Origin: Wallemia ichthyophaga EXF-994
Lineage: Eukaryota; Fungi; Basidiomycota
Reading direction: 5' to 3'
DNA length: 124,000 nt
Assembly (NCBI RefSeq): GCF_000400465.1
Contig: NW_008806276.1
Location: 144,001 to 268,000, forward strand
In this document: positions 121,076 to 124,000 of the stretch, piece by piece
How positions within the stretch are numbered: position 1 is the first letter of the stretch
Layout: every line of letters starts with the position of its first letter
The notes under the pieces: generated by a model
Seen by the model: only the letters and a program-made list of their open reading frames with translations
Databases searched by the model: none
What the model was told of the DNA's origin: nothing
Translations under genes and position numbers: made by a program

Positions 121076-121720
121076 ATGAATATCGTTGTCTTAATCTCTG
121101 GCTCTGGTTCAAATTTACAAGCGATTCTCGATTCTCTGCCGCATCAGCATTCTTCTACGCCGCTAGGAACTCCCGCTCATCTCCACTTGCCTCCTTCTGT
121201 AAACGTTAAGGCGGTAATATCAAACAAGTCAAATGTATTTGGTTTAGAAAGGGCTAAACGCTGTGATCCTCCTATCCCCACCCAAGTCCTCGCCCTCAAA
121301 ACATTCCTCAATCGAAACCCAGGTTCAAGTAGACAAGACTGGGAAATTGAACTCAGTAACATGGTAAACTCACACAAACCTGACCTCATCGTCTTGGCTG
121401 GCTTCATGATGATCCTTTCCCCTGCTTTCCTCAACAATATCCACCAAAAACCAATCATTAACCTCCATCCTGCCCTTCCCGGGGCCTTTGACGGTGCACA
121501 CGCAATTGAGAGGGCTTACGATGCCTTCAAACAAGGTCACATATCCAAAACTGGCTGCATGGTCCACTACGTCATCCCCCAAGTCGACCGTGGTGAGCCT
121601 ATTGTCGTTGCAGACGTGGACATACACAAACAAGACACGCTTGAATCTATGGAAAACAGAATACACGAGACTGAATGGCGGATTATCATTCAAGCCGTGA
121701 AAAAAGTTTTGAATGTCTAG
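121076..121720 (+). CDS. ADE8: Phosphoribosylglycinamide formyltransferase
   Basis: VLISGSGSNLQA, LAGFM.IL, INLHPAL. Confidence 0.93.
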   Translation: MNIVVLISGSGSNLQAILDSLPHQHSSTPLGTPAHLHLPPSVNVKAVISNKSNVFGLERAKRCDPPIPTQVLALKTFLNRNPGSSRQDWEIELSNMVNSHKPDLIVLAGFMMILSPAFLNNIHQKPIINLHPALPGAFDGAHAIERAYDAFKQGHISKTGCMVHYVIPQVDRGEPIVVADVDIHKQDTLESMENRIHETEWRIIIQAVKKVLNV

Positions 121721-123087
121721 CACCGATACACACTTTCTCCCTTGACATATGTCGCCTTAACCTTCCCAGTGTATCTATCGACTATCACCAAATCCCCGTC
121801 TGAGCCTACATCTAAATTGCCTTTGTGTGTCAACTGAAGGAGTGATGCTGGGTGGTAGGAAGCGCATGCGAGTGCCCCACCGAAACACCTCGAGTTTGTG
121901 AATGACTTGAGATTCCTAACACATTCATCTAGCGTGCTAGCGCTTCCAGCGAGCGTGGTAGTGTTCTCCAAATACAGTCTAGCGCCCTGCTTGAATAGTC
122001 TCCTGCCATCGCGCCAGTCGTGGATACCGTCGCCGAGATGGGGGTCCATAAGGGGCATAGCGTCAGTTACGAGGATACACCCACTTGGATGAGCGTCATA
122101 AGCCAATCTTACAGCATTCGGATGAACATGCACGCCATCGACGATCAGCCCATAAAACGGCCTTTTCGGCTGATTGCCGAGCAAACCGATAACGCCGGGG
122201 TCACGGTGGTGCAGCTGCGGCATAGCGTTGAAAAGGTGCGTGATAAACCGCGCTCCGTCGTCCACACACTTACTCGCCAGGTCCACATCTGCATCTGAAT
122301 GTCCGATCGAGACGACAACGCCGGGCAGCTGCGCGAGAGGCGCAATTGCCCCAGCTATCCCATCCACATCTGGAGCTAGGGTGAGCAGCTTCACGCCGCT
122401 GTCGGGTGTACGCAGCTGCGTCGCTGCACTGTCATAAACTCCCTCGATCGAACTCAAACCCCGCGGCGCTGTGAGGAGGAACGGCGGCGCATGCGCTCCT
122501 TTTCGCGATCCTGCTATAAATGGCCCTTCGGCATGGTAGCCGAGGATGTGCGCTGAGTTTGCCTGCGAGCGTGGTCCAAGTAGCGGGATAATCTGGTGTG
122601 TTGGTGTTGGTGTTAGCGGCTTTCATCTTGGCGTAATCACTGTCTCCCACCTCCCGGTACAGATCTTGCTGCTGGGTTATTATCGTTGGCAGAAATGACG
122701 TCGTTCCGGTCTCAACTATCTTTCCAGCCACCCTGTCCAGCCCGGCGAGATACGCGTCCGTTTGCTCGTGCTTGCTCAAATTCTCAGTACCCAGTGGCGG
122801 CCACAGGCTGAAATCGAACCCATAAGCACCATTTATCTGGACATCTATCAACCCTGGCGAGAGTATATCACCAGCGCAATCGATTATTTGTGAAGGAAGC
122901 TCTTGGGCAGCGTAGAAAAAATCCTGTCCTGAGATGATTTTGCCCGTGTGCGTATCGACGTAGACATCCGCGTGGGCTAGCTGTGTGTTTGTGGTTAGTC
123001 GGGCGTGCTCTGCTCTACAATCACTATCACACCCACACTGCCATCACGTTGTAGACACACGCAGTTGGTGAACTTTGTTACTTTCAT
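121717..123087 (-). CDS. DAC1: N-acetylglucosamine-6-phosphate deacetylase
   Basis: IDVQINGAYG, GYHAEGPF, ITHLFNAM, LAGSASTLD. Confidence 0.92.
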
Positions 123088-123324
123088 TTCGTAGCTTCGA
123101 TTAGTTATCTTTATAGTTGTCACTATCGTTCACGTTCTCCTTTTCCTTCTCGTTCTCGGCCAACACGCTTAATGCGGCGTAAATGTGTTAATTTCTGATG
123201 ATGACGTCGTACGCTCCTCGCTGTTTTCGCCGGATGCGGTAAGATCTGATGAGCGAGTTTCGGTGGGGTTTTAATTGAATAACTGACGCGCGCTTTCTTT
123301 ACCAAGTAACATTCAACGACACAA

Positions 123325-124000
123325 ATGAGACTGATCATCCGCGACGATAAGCCAGCTGTTGGAGGTTTCACAGCCAACTACATAGCTAAGCGCATAAACG
123401 AGTTCCAGCCAACAAACGATCACCCGCGCTTCGTGCTTGGTTTGCCGACGGGCAGCTCACCACTGCCTGTCTACCACAAACTGATCGACCTGCACAACCG
123501 CGGAAAGGTCTCATTCAAGCATGTCATCACATTCAACATGGATGAGTATGTTGGTATTCCCAAGTCGCATCCTGAATCGTACCACTCGTTCATGTTTGAC
123601 AATTTTTTCAGCAAGGTGGATATAGAGTGAGTAGTCTCTCGAGAGTGTATTCACGTGATTTACAGCTTTACTAACAAGAAACACCGCGTAGACCACACAA
123701 CGCTCACATCCTCGACGGTGAAGCGGAGAATCTGGTAGAAGAGTGTGCGCGCTACGAAGAGAAGATCGAGGCTGTTGGCGGAATAGATCTGTTTTTAGGT
123801 GGAATAGGTGAAGATGGTCACATTGCATTCAATGAGCCTGGTTCATCGCTCGCTTCGCGCACGCGCATGAAAACATTGGCCTACGACACCATCGTTGCCA
123901 ATGCGCGTTTCTTCGACAACGATATAGCCAAAGTACCCAAGATGGCTCTCACAGTGGGCATAGCGACGGTGATGGATGCACGTGAGGTTATAATCGTAAT
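123325..124000 (+). CDS. NAG1: Glucosamine-6-phosphate deaminase (runs off window)
   Basis: [35 protein letters not shown]. Confidence 0.94.

Overview
This is a compact, intron-containing fungal genome segment of about 75 genes. Short introns, tiny intergenic spacers and an acidic class I hydrophobin suggest a basidiomycete, probably Wallemia (cf. W. ichthyophaga); this is inference. Most of the window is housekeeping genes. The exception is a ~4.5 kb accessory island at 45.3-49.3 kb. It holds a hydrophobin, a circularly permuted tRNA-Arg(ACG) gene on the minus strand (3' half, 4-nt spacer, then 5' half, split at the canonical 37/38 intron site, with a Pol III terminator and an upstream A-box mimic), two divergent 5'-truncated LINE relics each just upstream of a tRNA gene, an orphan F-box gene and an intron-containing tRNA-Val. 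Other notable items are a ~260 bp inverted duplication carrying tRNA-Arg(TCT) around a 13 kb block, tandem sphingoid kinases with a probable conversion tract, divergent gene pairs with start codons only 17-67 bp apart, and a probable intron-split start codon in STM1. Coordinates of multi-exon genes are hand-inferred spans that include introns.
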